Shown here piece by piece: positions 37,717 through 49,603 of a stretch of DNA of 64,000 nucleotides. Both the position numbers and the translations under genes were made by a program. The DNA lies in the NCBI GenBank assembly GCA_036785375.1, contig JAWMAR010000276.1, forward strand, positions 372,001-436,000. The letters are read 5' to 3'. Within the stretch, counting starts at the first letter, position 1; each line of letters starts with the position of its first letter. The notes beneath the pieces were generated by a model. That model did no database searches and had not been told where the DNA came from. It was given only the letters and a program-made list of their open reading frames with translations. Source of the DNA: Leucoraja ocellata. Its lineage: Eukaryota.

Positions 37717-38942
37717 CGTACTCTGTTATTTGTAAAATCAGCCATATCAGTCTTTCCTGCCAATATTCTGAGATGCTTCAGGAAGCCACATACATTGTGA
37801 ATAAATCAGAATTTGGCAAGCTGCTTAAAGAAAAATGGACCACGTTATTGAGTAAAACTAGCTGCAAGCATGCCAGAGCTCAGGGTAAAGTATCTGAAAG
37901 TTCTACTGTATGATAGATCCCTCATTTCTCCATCCTTGTCCAAAAAAATGTATTAACTGTTGCAACGTTTTCTTTCATTGGAGTACCTATTGTCAACGAG
38001 GGCATCACAAAGCTAATAGGTTTTGTGTATGTTATGGTGATACTTTGCAAAGGTCTCAGAATCACAGTGATTTGTGTTCTGAACAACAATGCCTAATTGT
38101 GCTCATTTTGTTGGGCCAAAGTGGGGCGAGGTATGTGAATTAAATCAGAATTCAGGTCGCAATTACTCTTCACACCTTTTCATAGAAACTGTCCAAAACA
38201 TGGTCAAGGCTGTCGGGGATGCTTCCCACCACACCCATGCTGAATAACAGATCAGCAGATGCAGAAAATAGACAGAAAAGTGGTATGGGATATATGAACA
38301 GTGGGGGCTTTCCATGTATTTGAGAGTCCATATTTTTTTGCAAGCCAGAAAAATGGATCCCATTCCTATTATATAAAGACACTAACCGAGACAAAAACGG
38401 TGGGACACTCCTAGAAGAATTTAGTAGACAATGATGGGTGACTAACCAAAGAGACTAATAATTATCACAGTGCAAGTGGTACCAGGAGCAAAACAGGTTG
38501 TGTGCTGTAACATATGAAATTATAATTTCCATTTGAAGGTGTTCCCACTACTGAGCTTTTAATCAGAAGAAAGTCATTAATATAACTGTTGATGAAGAAT
38601 GATCTCTGCTGGCTGACCCAAGCAGCAAAATGTTAAAACGGGAATAAATAATCTCCAGGAATCACATCAACCTTTGTTTGTACAAGGTATCATTCAGCCA
38701 GTGGATCAATTCCCCTCATTTCTACCAGACTTCATATTTTACCCAGATTATAAACAATCACAATGGCCTCACCCTGAGAATTCAGCTCATCAGTTCATGT
38801 CTGAACAAGGCAATAATGAAGTTTAGAATCAAGCTGTCTGGCAAAACCTAGAGCCATCATTGCATTATTGATAAATTGTAGATAGACACAACCTTAAGGC
38901 CCTTGAACCACTGCAACCTTCAACACACCATACCCCAGAATT

Positions 38943-39070
38943 TGTGTAGGATGGAACTGCAGATGTTGGTTTACACTGAAGATAGACACAAAATGCTGGA
39001 GTAACTCAGCTGGGACAGGCAGCATCACTGGAGAGAAGGAAAGGGTGATGTTTCGGGTCGAGACCCTTCT
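38943..39070 (-). mobile_element. Penelope pLTR copy (hammerhead 5' part truncated)
   Basis: GGAACTGCAGATGTTGGTTTACAC...GGGTGATGTTTCGGGTCGAGACCCTTCT. Confidence 0.85.
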
Positions 39071-41608
39071 AATTGATGCCATTGTCAATAACACTTTCCC
39101 AAACTTTACTAATGATTGAGAATGGACTTCAAGGTTAGTATTGAATTTGATTGGATTTGTCCTGCTCTCTGTAGGCAGGACAACCCATATTCTTGGGTAG
39201 ATTCAGGATTGGTCATTTCACTGAAATAGCTTTTCCTGGAAGTGTTGCTGGCAGGAGCACGTCTTTAGTGCAACACCAGTTTGCAATCTTGCCCCATATA
39301 CATGAATGTTTCCAATGCTCGTAATGAATGGCTGCAAATACTTCAGCCTGCTTTTGACTCTTATGTTAGCACCCGCTTTCGCTGAAATGGAAATGCTCTT
39401 GAAACCTGGTCCCACAAGCAGTTTAACTGCCTACCATCATTTTTTCCACATGTGGAGGAATGTGGAGCTATATCCTGTTTGCTACGAGTATTCCTGCATT
39501 GAAATCTCATTTTTCGATATGCCTGGCCATTTCTGCTACCTCACTGATTCGTGGTTAGTCCCCCGCTTAAAAGCAACGAGGTGATGGATTATGATGGTAT
39601 GAATGACTATATAGCTCGATCACCTCCGGCTCTGACAACAGCTCGTGGATATTCAAAAAGAAGCATTTCATGCAATCGAATCTTCAAGACACCTTTACGA
39701 TGTTCAAAGAAGTATAGGACCTGGCATTATCTATTTTGCACTTTGCAGAAGAGCTGTTTTATAAATAGAGCATCAATACACCAGTTATAATTATTTTTCA
39801 ATTATCACCAACTGCCAAATCTCACCCAGTTGGTTAACAAAGTAGACCCCGGGACCGTATCAATATTATTTAAGAATGAAGACTTTGAACATAACTCCAC
39901 TTTCCTTTCCTCTCCAGAAGCTGTACCTCAGTGACATAACGCTTAAAGTATATCCTCGAATAAGTATTGAAGCAAAGACAACCAACTCTCTCTTGTGCAA
40001 TCAGCTTCAAATTGCTGCCTATAGTCATCGCCTGAATGAACCACCATCAGGACGAATATTTTGCCCAATGAAGGGTCAATAAAATCTATAATACTTATAG
40101 GTGACTTTACTCAAAGATACCTAGCAGCACAATAACACCTCATACGGCACTAATCCACCCTCATTTCTTATAAAGAGACAACAGTAGCCGACTACTAGTT
40201 TTAATTGCATGGGTTGTGGTCATTTTGGGGTTCTTTAACCGAGGCTTAATATGTTTCTTAAACATATACCTGCAGTATAAGTTTAGCTGTACTTCCATTG
40301 GATTTTGAGTTAGCGAGCTGGAATCATCATGTACATACAAATATTGTTTGTGTACTTTCAGGCAAATCCAGACCGTCTGGCTGAGTCGTGAAAACTGCTG
40401 ACGAGGTAATATACATGCTGTTCAAAGGAGGATGAACAGCTGCAATCTGTTAACTTTGGGGAGGAAAAAAAATAATAATCAGCAAACTGTATGATATTAA
40501 TATTCCTAAAAAAAAGGACCAAGATTTCAAAGCAGATCTGGGGACAGGAGTGATTTGTTAGGCTTCACAGTTCAATTGTTTTCTACATTACACATTTGCT
40601 TGCCGTTTCATTTTATGAAGCTACACAGGTGGTGTTCTTTAATAGAATAGATTGTTTACACTGAGACAACTCTGGTATCTTATTTACTGCGGGTCAAGGT
40701 TTATATTCAAGCAATATTGCAATGATTAAAGTACATTAAGGTTGAAAGAACACACCTTGTGCCACTCTTTGAGACTCCATGCAAACCAACATTCATCAGC
40801 TCAGCCAGCAATTGTAGGCGAGGGGCAAAAGGTCAGATGGACAAGGGGTGGTTTAACCACATGGCACCATATAACTGCCAATAGCTTTTCACTGGCAGTG
40901 CAGGTCAGTGCAAAGTGTCCCTCAATTAAGGAAAGAAAGAGGAGAAACTTGAACTTTGGTTTTAGAGTGTTGAAATTCACCTAACAACATTCTAAATCAG
41001 CATTCATTTCACTTCAACACCCGCTGCACTCCAATTTCCCACCTCTTTGCTTGGGGAGATAATTTGTGCCATTTGAATTTTAGTTTTGAGTTTAAAGCAA
41101 AACACCATGAAAATAACAGCCTCTAACCTTATGGTTGTCCTTTTGGGCATTCTCCGTTTGTGATCAAACTCAAAAACCTCATGTGTAACTGCATTTTGGG
41201 TGGAAGAAAACATGTTCATCAGATTTAATACTTCTGCTCACATCAGCTCAACATGGATGGGAAAGGTTATTATTTTGATTTCTAAGTGCTCCCGTGTAGA
41301 TTGGTCACTCCACACTCCACACCACATTTGTAGTGCTTTATTAGTAGAAGCTCCGCCTACTATACAGTTTATATTATCAGAACTCAGCTCATGCTGTCAG
41401 TCGAATAGTTGCTACACAAGCTATAACAACATGCTGAAGTGTACTGTAAGTGATCTTTAATAAAACTATGTTGTACCATGTTGAGCGAATGACTGGGTGA
41501 TTTACATCCTGATTGAGTTTTTTGATTTACAATAGCCTGGCAGAGTACATTGTGGAAACATATTCACATCCCAAATGATGCAGGTTGATGTGTCACAAGG
41601 CTGTTCCT

Positions 41609-41799
41609 GGGTGGACACAAAATGCTGGAGTAACTCAGCGGGACAGGCAGCATCTATGGAGTGAAGGAATGGGCGATGTTTCGAGTCGAGACCCTTCTTC
41701 AGACTTCAGGTCTCTCCAGAGATGCTGCCTGTCCCGCTGAGTTACTCCAGCATTTTGTGTCTCTCTTCGACTTAAACCAGCATCTGCAGTTTCTTCCTA
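41609..41799. mobile_element. Fold-back Penelope pLTR-only insertion
   Basis: Antisense arm with hammerhead motif (41671-41704) plus sense arm. 15-bp TSD CACAAGGCTGTTCCT at 41594-41608 and 41800-41814. Confidence 0.9.
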
Positions 41800-42339
41800 C
41801 ACAAGGCTGTTCCTAACCTGGTTCACCTAATCACATCAACATGTCCTCACGTGGAAACATGTTCCTTCTAATCCTGATCAACCTCATGGAAAAGCACCAA
41901 GCTTTCCTAATTTAGTATTTCTCCTCAGTTCAGCAATTGCTCTGCTGATCCAATTGTTCACTCCGAGTACTGGTCTGGAGATTATTTCCAAATTCAATTG
42001 GTCTACTACTGGCAACCGTGCCATCACTTATGGAATTCTCAAATGGCAGAATGTCTTCTCTCAATTTCTCAACCTTTCATTTGATCCTTAAGATTCTGCT
42101 TAAAACATATCTATTTACCAAGCTTTTGAACAACATTCCTCATTTCTCCTTTAGTGGACAAGTATAAAACGTTTGGTAATACTCCTGGAAGTACAGTGGG
42201 AGGTTTTACTGAATTAGACTAATGCAAATAGTTGCAGCAGCAAGAGCTGGCACATTTAAACATCACTGTTTCTCAGGTTTGACCATCATTCCTGATTGAT
42301 ATTGGTTTCTCAGTCAGCGATAAATTAAAATTAAAATAC

Positions 42340-42790
42340 TTGTTGCACAAAACAAATAACTGGAGGAACTCAGCAGGGCAAGCATCGTTGAAGGGAAAGA
42401 AGTTGTTGACATTCCAGGTCAAAACCTTGCATTCAGATTATGTTTTATGCTCTTGGTTCCAGCATCTTCAGTCTCTTGAGCCTCCATAATTCCTTTCTAC
42501 TTGTTTTTAATAATTTCTTGACCATATCCCAACCCCATTCCTTGAGATTTTCAATCTTACCACATGAGCACCATGGTGCCCTGCATCTGAGATTTGTCCC
42601 AATTTATCAATATATAAAGCTGATGTTAGTCAAAGATCTCACCTCCAAATGCCCCAGCTTCCCACTTGCAGAAGAAGCGACCTGACCAGAAAAGTCATCT
42701 ATCTATTTCCTCCATGGATGCTGCCTGATCCATTGAGTTTGCCCAGCAGTTGTGTTTTGCTCAAAATTCCAACATCTGCAGTTCCTTGTG
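42340..42790. mobile_element. Older pLTR-like remnants (42340-42480 and 42665-42790)
   Basis: CTGGAGGAACTCAGC, TTCCAGCATCTTCAGT, GATGCTGCCTGA, ATTCCAACATCTGCAGTTCCTTGTG. Confidence 0.55.
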
Positions 42791-43076
42791 CCTATTGTTT
42801 AAATTGACCCTGAAATGCTTCTTTTTGATTCCCTTTGGTCCTGCTGCGTTTGTGGCTGAACACTCTTTTATCAAGCTTATCCGTGAAACTGCATCAGGTT
42901 AGTTGCATACTGATGTTATCATGTTGACCATCAAATACATTAATAATGGACTCAGTCACAGTGCTACTAACACCTTAAGCCCAAACATCAGAACACATTT
43001 AGTGGAAGAGTAAAATATTAGCAAATGTTCCATTGAACAGCTGATTTGTTTGGAAACAGACAACTGAGGAAGAAGC

Positions 43077-43130
43077 TGTTTAAGAAAGAACTGCAGATGC
43101 TGGTAAAATCGAAGGTAGACACAAAAACAC
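43077..43130 (-). mobile_element. Penelope pLTR end fragment
   Basis: TGTTTAAGAAAGAACTGCAGATGCTGGTAAAATCGAAGGTAGACACAAAA. Confidence 0.7.
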
Positions 43131-45520
43131 TGAGGACGCTGCGCAAGTACAGTCCCAGCCATGGAAAAACAAAAAAGCTATAATAAGTAGGCTCTGTATA
43201 TTTTCCGACAGAAGTCTTGAACATGGCTATATTATCTCTACCTCCTCCCCCCCGCCTCCTATTGTCTGTGATATATTTGAGAATCAGGTTTTTTTTAATA
43301 GTTAATTCAGTCAGCTCCAATAGGAACAATATGTCTAGTCTTTTAATACTGAGGATTCACTTCATAAAGAGTCGAAATATATAATATAAACTTTGTGATC
43401 CATATTATATCAAGTTAATTAAATGGCAATAAATGGATATAGTGGAAACAGAATCAAAGAGTTTTTAAATGTCATAAAATTTTGAACAATTTGGCACCAG
43501 AGTCTACTCTTTGAATCACTATTCAGTGTTTTCTTTGCATAATCTTTTTAAAATCATTGCAGTATTTCTGCAGCTCAGTGATTTAGCCGACCAACCCAGC
43601 ACATTCATCTCTTTCAAATAAGTAGTTTTTAAATATCTAAGTGATGACTTTTATATTTACACGGATTATTATTTGAAATTTTAATCAGAATATCAGTAGG
43701 TGGCTGTATATTCAATGGATTGTTCCAAGTTCTCGTTCTGCACCAACTTCATTAATAATTAGTTGTTGCCATTTTTTTTGCTTTTGACAACAATTAACAG
43801 TGAGTTTAAACATGCAAGTTAAATGCACACAAAGATGATTTTACATTTATGTACCCTGGATTTGTGGCAAGTAATAAAACAGTTTTACGCAACTGAAGTG
43901 TGCATGTGGAGTTCAAAAGCAGCATGGCCGCATCCAGTCACTTCCATCCCTCCTTCTTTCCAAAATGTTATGATGCATAAAAAGAACTGCCAAATGAAAT
44001 TCACCAATTCAGGATTCCTTAATTTCAGAATTTCAAATTTTCCAGCAAGTTATGAAAGGGGCTTATATAGATTTTGATTTCAAAGATGAGGGGGCAGGAC
44101 GTAGGTTGTGGAAAGGAAAAGGGAATAGAAACTACATTTGGCACGTAATTAATTCATGTTAATTTCTTTGTTTCATAATTTAAAACTCAAATAAACCACG
44201 TTCTCTGAACCAACTGAACTTTATATCAATCATTTTACATATCATTCTGATCTAGAAATAAAAGCCGCTGTCCTATTAACTATAATGAAGTCAAAAACAA
44301 GTGGTTGAAAGAAGTGAAGGGAGGCGAAGAAGTAGTATGCTAAGTCCCACACAACGTTGTCTCACGTATGTATTTCCAGCACCAGTGAAGACCAACTTTA
44401 CTGTGGTTCATAACCAGTCTATTGATAACATTGACAGACATTAAGAGTGACATATTGACTTCAAACTCAGCCCTTCCCTGTAGAATCATATAAAGGTGTG
44501 GCAGACAAATCATCTCAGCATGGAAATAATTGTGAAACCAACAACATATTCTCAAGTGCAAATCCAAGAAAACAAAATACAATTACATTTTTATTGAGAT
44601 ACTGGAAGGCAGTCATAAATTATGACATACTCGAGTAATTGCAATGCTTGAAAAGACACTATAGCAATCCATTCTGTTATCCCATTGCTGCAGAGCAGTA
44701 GTGAAATTAAGGTTAAGAATTTGTATGGTCAAGTAAAGTGAACACTCTGCACACGTACACACCATGTTCTTATCTTCACATATTTTGGAGACTGAGTGAT
44801 AAGAGAGGTCCTCTCTTAGTCTAACACTGGTTTCAGAAATAATTTTATTTGCCTGAGCAGTTTATTTAGTCTCAAGTGTTGGCCTTCATTTCAATGACAA
44901 AAATGACATATCATTTAATTTTACACGTAACCAGAAAATTCAGCTCATCAATATCTTAATTGTCTATTAAGTAAGAATTACAAATAAAGCATCTGTAAGA
45001 CATATTTAGGTAGTCTCCTTACCACATTCCAGCATGATACAATTATAATAAGTATTGGGTGAAATGAACGCTCTCTGACAAATTAGATTTCCCTTGGGTC
45101 AAAGTACTTTGGACACAAAATCCTTGGGTCCTGGTGAATTCTGTGCACATCAGGTTCAGTAACGGCAGGTCCGATGTGCAATTTCTCTCATTTCGGGCAT
45201 TTGGATTTCATAGGACCACCTTAGCACAGTATGTTTTAAACCAGATAAAGGCTACAAATGGAACAACTTCAAAAACAGAAGGCAACTTAAGACAACCCAG
45301 AGAGAACACCTGGGATATGCAGCTTATTACTGCCACCCATTCATCGGCAACACAAGATGTTCAAACCTACAGCTGCCACACAGATGTGTTCATTGAAAAC
45401 TTTGTTGGCATTCCCTCATCATTGACCATGAGCGGAACAGAAATGGAAGATGGAAAATGAAACCAGTTTCAAGAACAGGATAATAATGATCACCAATCAT
45501 CAATATCCAAACCGAAGAGG

Positions 45521-47112
45521 ATTCAGATTCAGATTCAGATTCAATTTTAATTGTCATTGTCAGTGTACAGTACAGAGACAACAAAATGCATTTAGCATCT
45601 CCCTGGATGAGCGACATAGCAAATGATTTGAATAAATAATAATAAGTGTCCGGGGGGGGTGGTGATTGGCAGTCACCGAGGTACGTTGTTGAGTAGAGTG
45701 ACAGCCGCCGGGAAGAAGCTGTTCCTGGACCTGCTGGTTCGGCAACGGAGAGACCTGTAGCGCCTCCCGGATGGTAGGAGGGTAAACAGTCCATGGTTGG
45801 GGTGAGAGCAGTCCTTGGCGATGCTGAGCGCCCTCCGCAGGCAACGCTCGCTTTGGACAGACTCAATGGAGGGGAGCGAGGAACCGGTGATGCGTTGGGC
45901 AATTTTCACCACCCTCTGCAATGCCTTCCGGTCGGAGACAGAGCAGTTGCCATACCATACTGTGATGCAGTTGGTAAGGATGCTCTCGATGGTGCAGCGG
46001 TAGAAGTTCACCAGGATCTGAGGAGACAGATGGACCTTCTTCAGTCTCCTCAGAAAGAAGAGACGCTGATGAGCCTCCTTGATCAGAGTTGAGGTATTGT
46101 GGGTCCAAGAGAGGTCATCGGAGATGTTGACTCCCAGGAACCTGAAGCTAGAAACACGTTTCACCTCCGTCCCGTTAATGTGGATGGGGGTGTGCGTGCA
46201 GCCTCTGGACTTCCTGAAGTCTACAATGAGCTCCTTGGTCTTCTTGGAGTTAAGGGCCAGGTTGTTGTCAGCGCACCATGCTGCTAAGTGCTGGACCTCC
46301 TCCCTGTAGGCCAGCTCATCGTTGTTGCTGATGAGGCCAATCACCGTTGTATCATCTGCATACTTGATGATGGTGTTAGCACCATGTACAGGTGTGCAGT
46401 CATAGGTGAAGAGGGAGTAGAGGAGGGGGCTCAGCACACAGCCCTGAGGAACGCCGGTGTTCAGGGTGAGGGTTGAAGAGGTGTGCTTGTCTAACCTCAC
46501 AGACTGGGGTCTGTTGGTTAGAAAGTCCAGTATCCAGTTGCAGAGGGAGGGGTCGATGCCCAGGTTTCCGAGTTTGGTGATCAGTTTTGATAGTATAATG
46601 GTGTTGAATGCTGAGCTGTAATCGATGAACAGCATTCTTACGTAAGTGTCTCTGTTGTCGAGGTGGGAGAGGGCGGAGTGAAGTGCCGTTGAGATGGCAT
46701 CCTCCGTACTCCTGTTCTTGCGGTAGGCAAACTGATAGGGATCCAGTGTGGGGGGGTAGGCAGCTTTTGAGGTGTGCCAGGACCAGCCTCTCGAAGCACT
46801 TGGTGATGATGGGGGTAAGTGCAACTGGGCGGAAGTCGTTGAGGCTTGCCGCAGTGGAGTGTTTTGGCACTGGCACGATGGAGGTGGTTTTAAGGCAGGT
46901 GGGGACAACTGCTTGGGCAAGTGACAGGTTGAAGATGTCAGTCCAGATGTCTGTCAGCTGCGCAGCACAGGCCCTGAGCACGCGCCCGGGGATGCCGTCA
47001 GGGCCAGCAGCTTTACGTGCATTAGTCCTACTCAGTGCCACGTACACGTCGTAGGGGGTGAGTGTGAGGGGTTGGTGATCGGCAGGTAGCACAGCCTTGA
47101 TGGCTGTCTCTA
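45521..47112 (-). mobile_element. Young 5'-truncated Rex1/Babar non-LTR retrotransposon
   Basis: [71 protein letters not shown]. 3' tail (GAATCT)n. Confidence 0.95.
45673..47092 (-). pseudogene. Rex1 reverse transcriptase coding region, N-terminally truncated, single frameshift at the G7 run 46750-46756
   Basis: The ORF 46400-47092 frame (to ...LKSCLPP) joins the ORF 45673-46920 frame (TLDPYQFAY...) if one base of the homopolymer is removed. Confidence 0.9.
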
Positions 47113-48275
47113 AATTACAAGCAGTAATACGACTTCCCTACCACTCTACTTCTAATTCTTCCTTTGATACATTCATGTAAAACAGTATTTTATCATTTTT
47201 TAGTCATCTAACTGATGTGGTTTGGCAATGAAGTGCTTATATATTTTTTCCTGCATTAAGAGTTTTATGATTGGAAGCTGTTAATTCCAACATTTTATAG
47301 TGTAAAGCATATTTAATATTGAAATACTACTTTTGGAGACCCTATATAATCTCCTAAAATATTGTATCAGCTAAATGGAAAAATTAGTTCCCTTTGCAAC
47401 CAATACATTAGGCAGCAATGAAATAAATCACCTCAAGGACAGCAAATTATAGAAGAATGCATCCTCACAATCCTGTGTGAAATCAGCTCAGAAATAAGTG
47501 GAAATTCAGAATAACTCTACTCAATGTTTTCAAATGTTGGCTGGTTAAATCTAAAAATACTTTAAAGCAGGATATCATGACCATCAGCTTTCCACTGACT
47601 CGTTCAACCAACATCCACAGGCACAATTTTCAAACACCTTTTACAAGGTTGTTTTATTAAAGAACTGAATAAGATCCTCGTATGAAGCAGTTTGGATTGC
47701 ACCAGTTCTGATTCAGTGTCTTGAATAACTCAGGATTATAAAAACACTGTATTTCACAGTCTGCATTGCTAGAGTACAATAAAGAACAGAATTACATTGT
47801 TGGATCTATTCCTGATGAATTCTGCAAAAATAGTACAAATAGAACATTGATCTTAGGATCCTAAAATATGGGATGAGCTGGACTAAATAGAACAGAACGC
47901 AGGCATCAATAACATGAAATCAAATAAACTCAGTCACCAAATGAGTATCAGTGTCATCCTTTTCAGAATAACACATATTAATGATTTTCCAAAACCTGTC
48001 AGTGATGAAAAGGTGTTGATAGCATCCAAAACTTTGCTTTTTTATAAGTTAAAAAAAACCTCACCCAGAATGAAACTGAACCAGGAGAATTGAAACCATA
48101 GATGCATTTAAAGAGATGACTGATAAACAAACTGACAGAGAAAAGAACATTCAGGGTCAAGTAGGCATAGAAACAAAGGCACAATTGAGCTGAGCCAAAC
48201 TGTTGCTGGAAAGGACACAGGCAGGCAAAGAGAGAGAATGAGTTTGACAAGGGGACGGAGAAGGGGAGGGGGAGA

Positions 48276-48425
48276 NNNNNNNNNNNNNNNNNNNNNNNNN
48301 NNNNNNNNNNNNNNNNNNNNNNNNNNNNNNNNNNNNNNNNNNNNNNNNNNNNNNNNNNNNNNNNNNNNNNNNNNNNNNNNNNNNNNNNNNNNNNNNNNNN
48401 NNNNNNNNNNNNNNNNNNNNNNNNN
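48276..48425. other. Assembly gap (150 N)
   Basis: Run of N, preceded by a G/A-rich stretch. Confidence 1.
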
Positions 48426-48854
48426 TCCCATCAGTAATCATCAAGGGAATTTGCACGGGATGTTTAAATTATTCGTTGTCTTCAAAAAACATTCTGTTTA
48501 AGGTTCTAATTGTTTGGATCAATGATGTTCAACATTCTCCAAGAAGAGTCATGAACTGCTGGTCACCTACTGAAAATGAAGGAAATCTTCAAATCTATCC
48601 AAGGACAAAACAAAATTATCTATCAGCCCCAGTTACGCATCTGACAGGAGGTTATATTTTAAGAAACTAACACTCCAGTCAAATAAATCTTTACTTCCTT
48701 GTCTCAGCAACATCATGGAACATCTCCTGGAAAACATTCAATTTTGCTGGGAAATTAACCCGTTTTGCCTGGATTCTCCAAAAATTGAAGTCTGTCCATA
48801 CATAGGAAGAATAATGCCTGTTAACAGTGCTTCTTCCTTCTATTCCAATCATGA

Positions 48855-49603
48855 ATGACCACTGTCCGTAGAAGACTTCATGAACAGAAATACAGAGGCT
48901 ACACTGCGAGAAGCAAACCACTGGTTAGCCGCAAAAATAGGATGGCCAGTTTGCAGTTTGCCAAGAAGTACTTAAAAGAGCAACCACAGTTCTGGAAAAA
49001 GATCTTATGGACAGATGACACAAAGATTAACTTATATCAGAGTGATGGCAAGAGCAAATTATGGAGGAGAGAAGGAACTGCCCAAGATCCAAAGCATACC
49101 ACCTCATCTGTGAAACACGGTGGTGTTGGCCTGGGCATGTATGGCTGCTGAAGGTACTGGCTCACTTATCTTCATTGATGATACAACTGCTGATAGTAGT
49201 AGCATAATGAATTCTGAAGTGTGTAGACACATCCTATCTGCTCAAGCTCAAACAAACCATTGGCTGGCGGTTCATTCATTCATAGCAAGACAATGTTACC
49301 AAATATATTGCTAAAGCATCAAAGGAGTTTTTCAAAGCTAAAAAATGGTTATTTCTTGAGTGGCCGAGTCAATCACCCGATCTGAACACAATTGAGCCTG
49401 CCTTTCATGTGCTGAAGAGAAAATTAACATGGCAGTAATTTCTACATGGTGAAACCAAAATGTATAAAAATGGCCTTTATTAAAATCTGACAATGTGCAC
49501 TTTAACCACATGTGATTTTTTCTATTACAAATCTCAAATTGTGGAGTACAGAGGCAAATAAATAAATGATGCGTCTTTGTCCCAAACAATCTAGAAGGCA
49601 CTG
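48855..49603 (+). mobile_element. Tc1 (DD34E) transposon remnant with right TIR
   Basis: TVRRRLHE...KILWTDDTKINL...HTTSSVKHGG. QD-(34 aa)-E ends WPSQSPDLNTIE. Terminates CACTG followed by TA (49604-49605). Confidence 0.92.

Noticed and set aside
39306-39790. Two adjacent + strand ORFs in unique sequence
   Set aside because: No homology recognised, no clear splice sites; lengths within random expectation.
45793-47054. Several + strand ORFs
   Set aside because: Antisense shadows of the Rex1 RT frame.
48108-48501. ORFs spanning X residues
   Set aside because: Artefacts of the 150-N gap.
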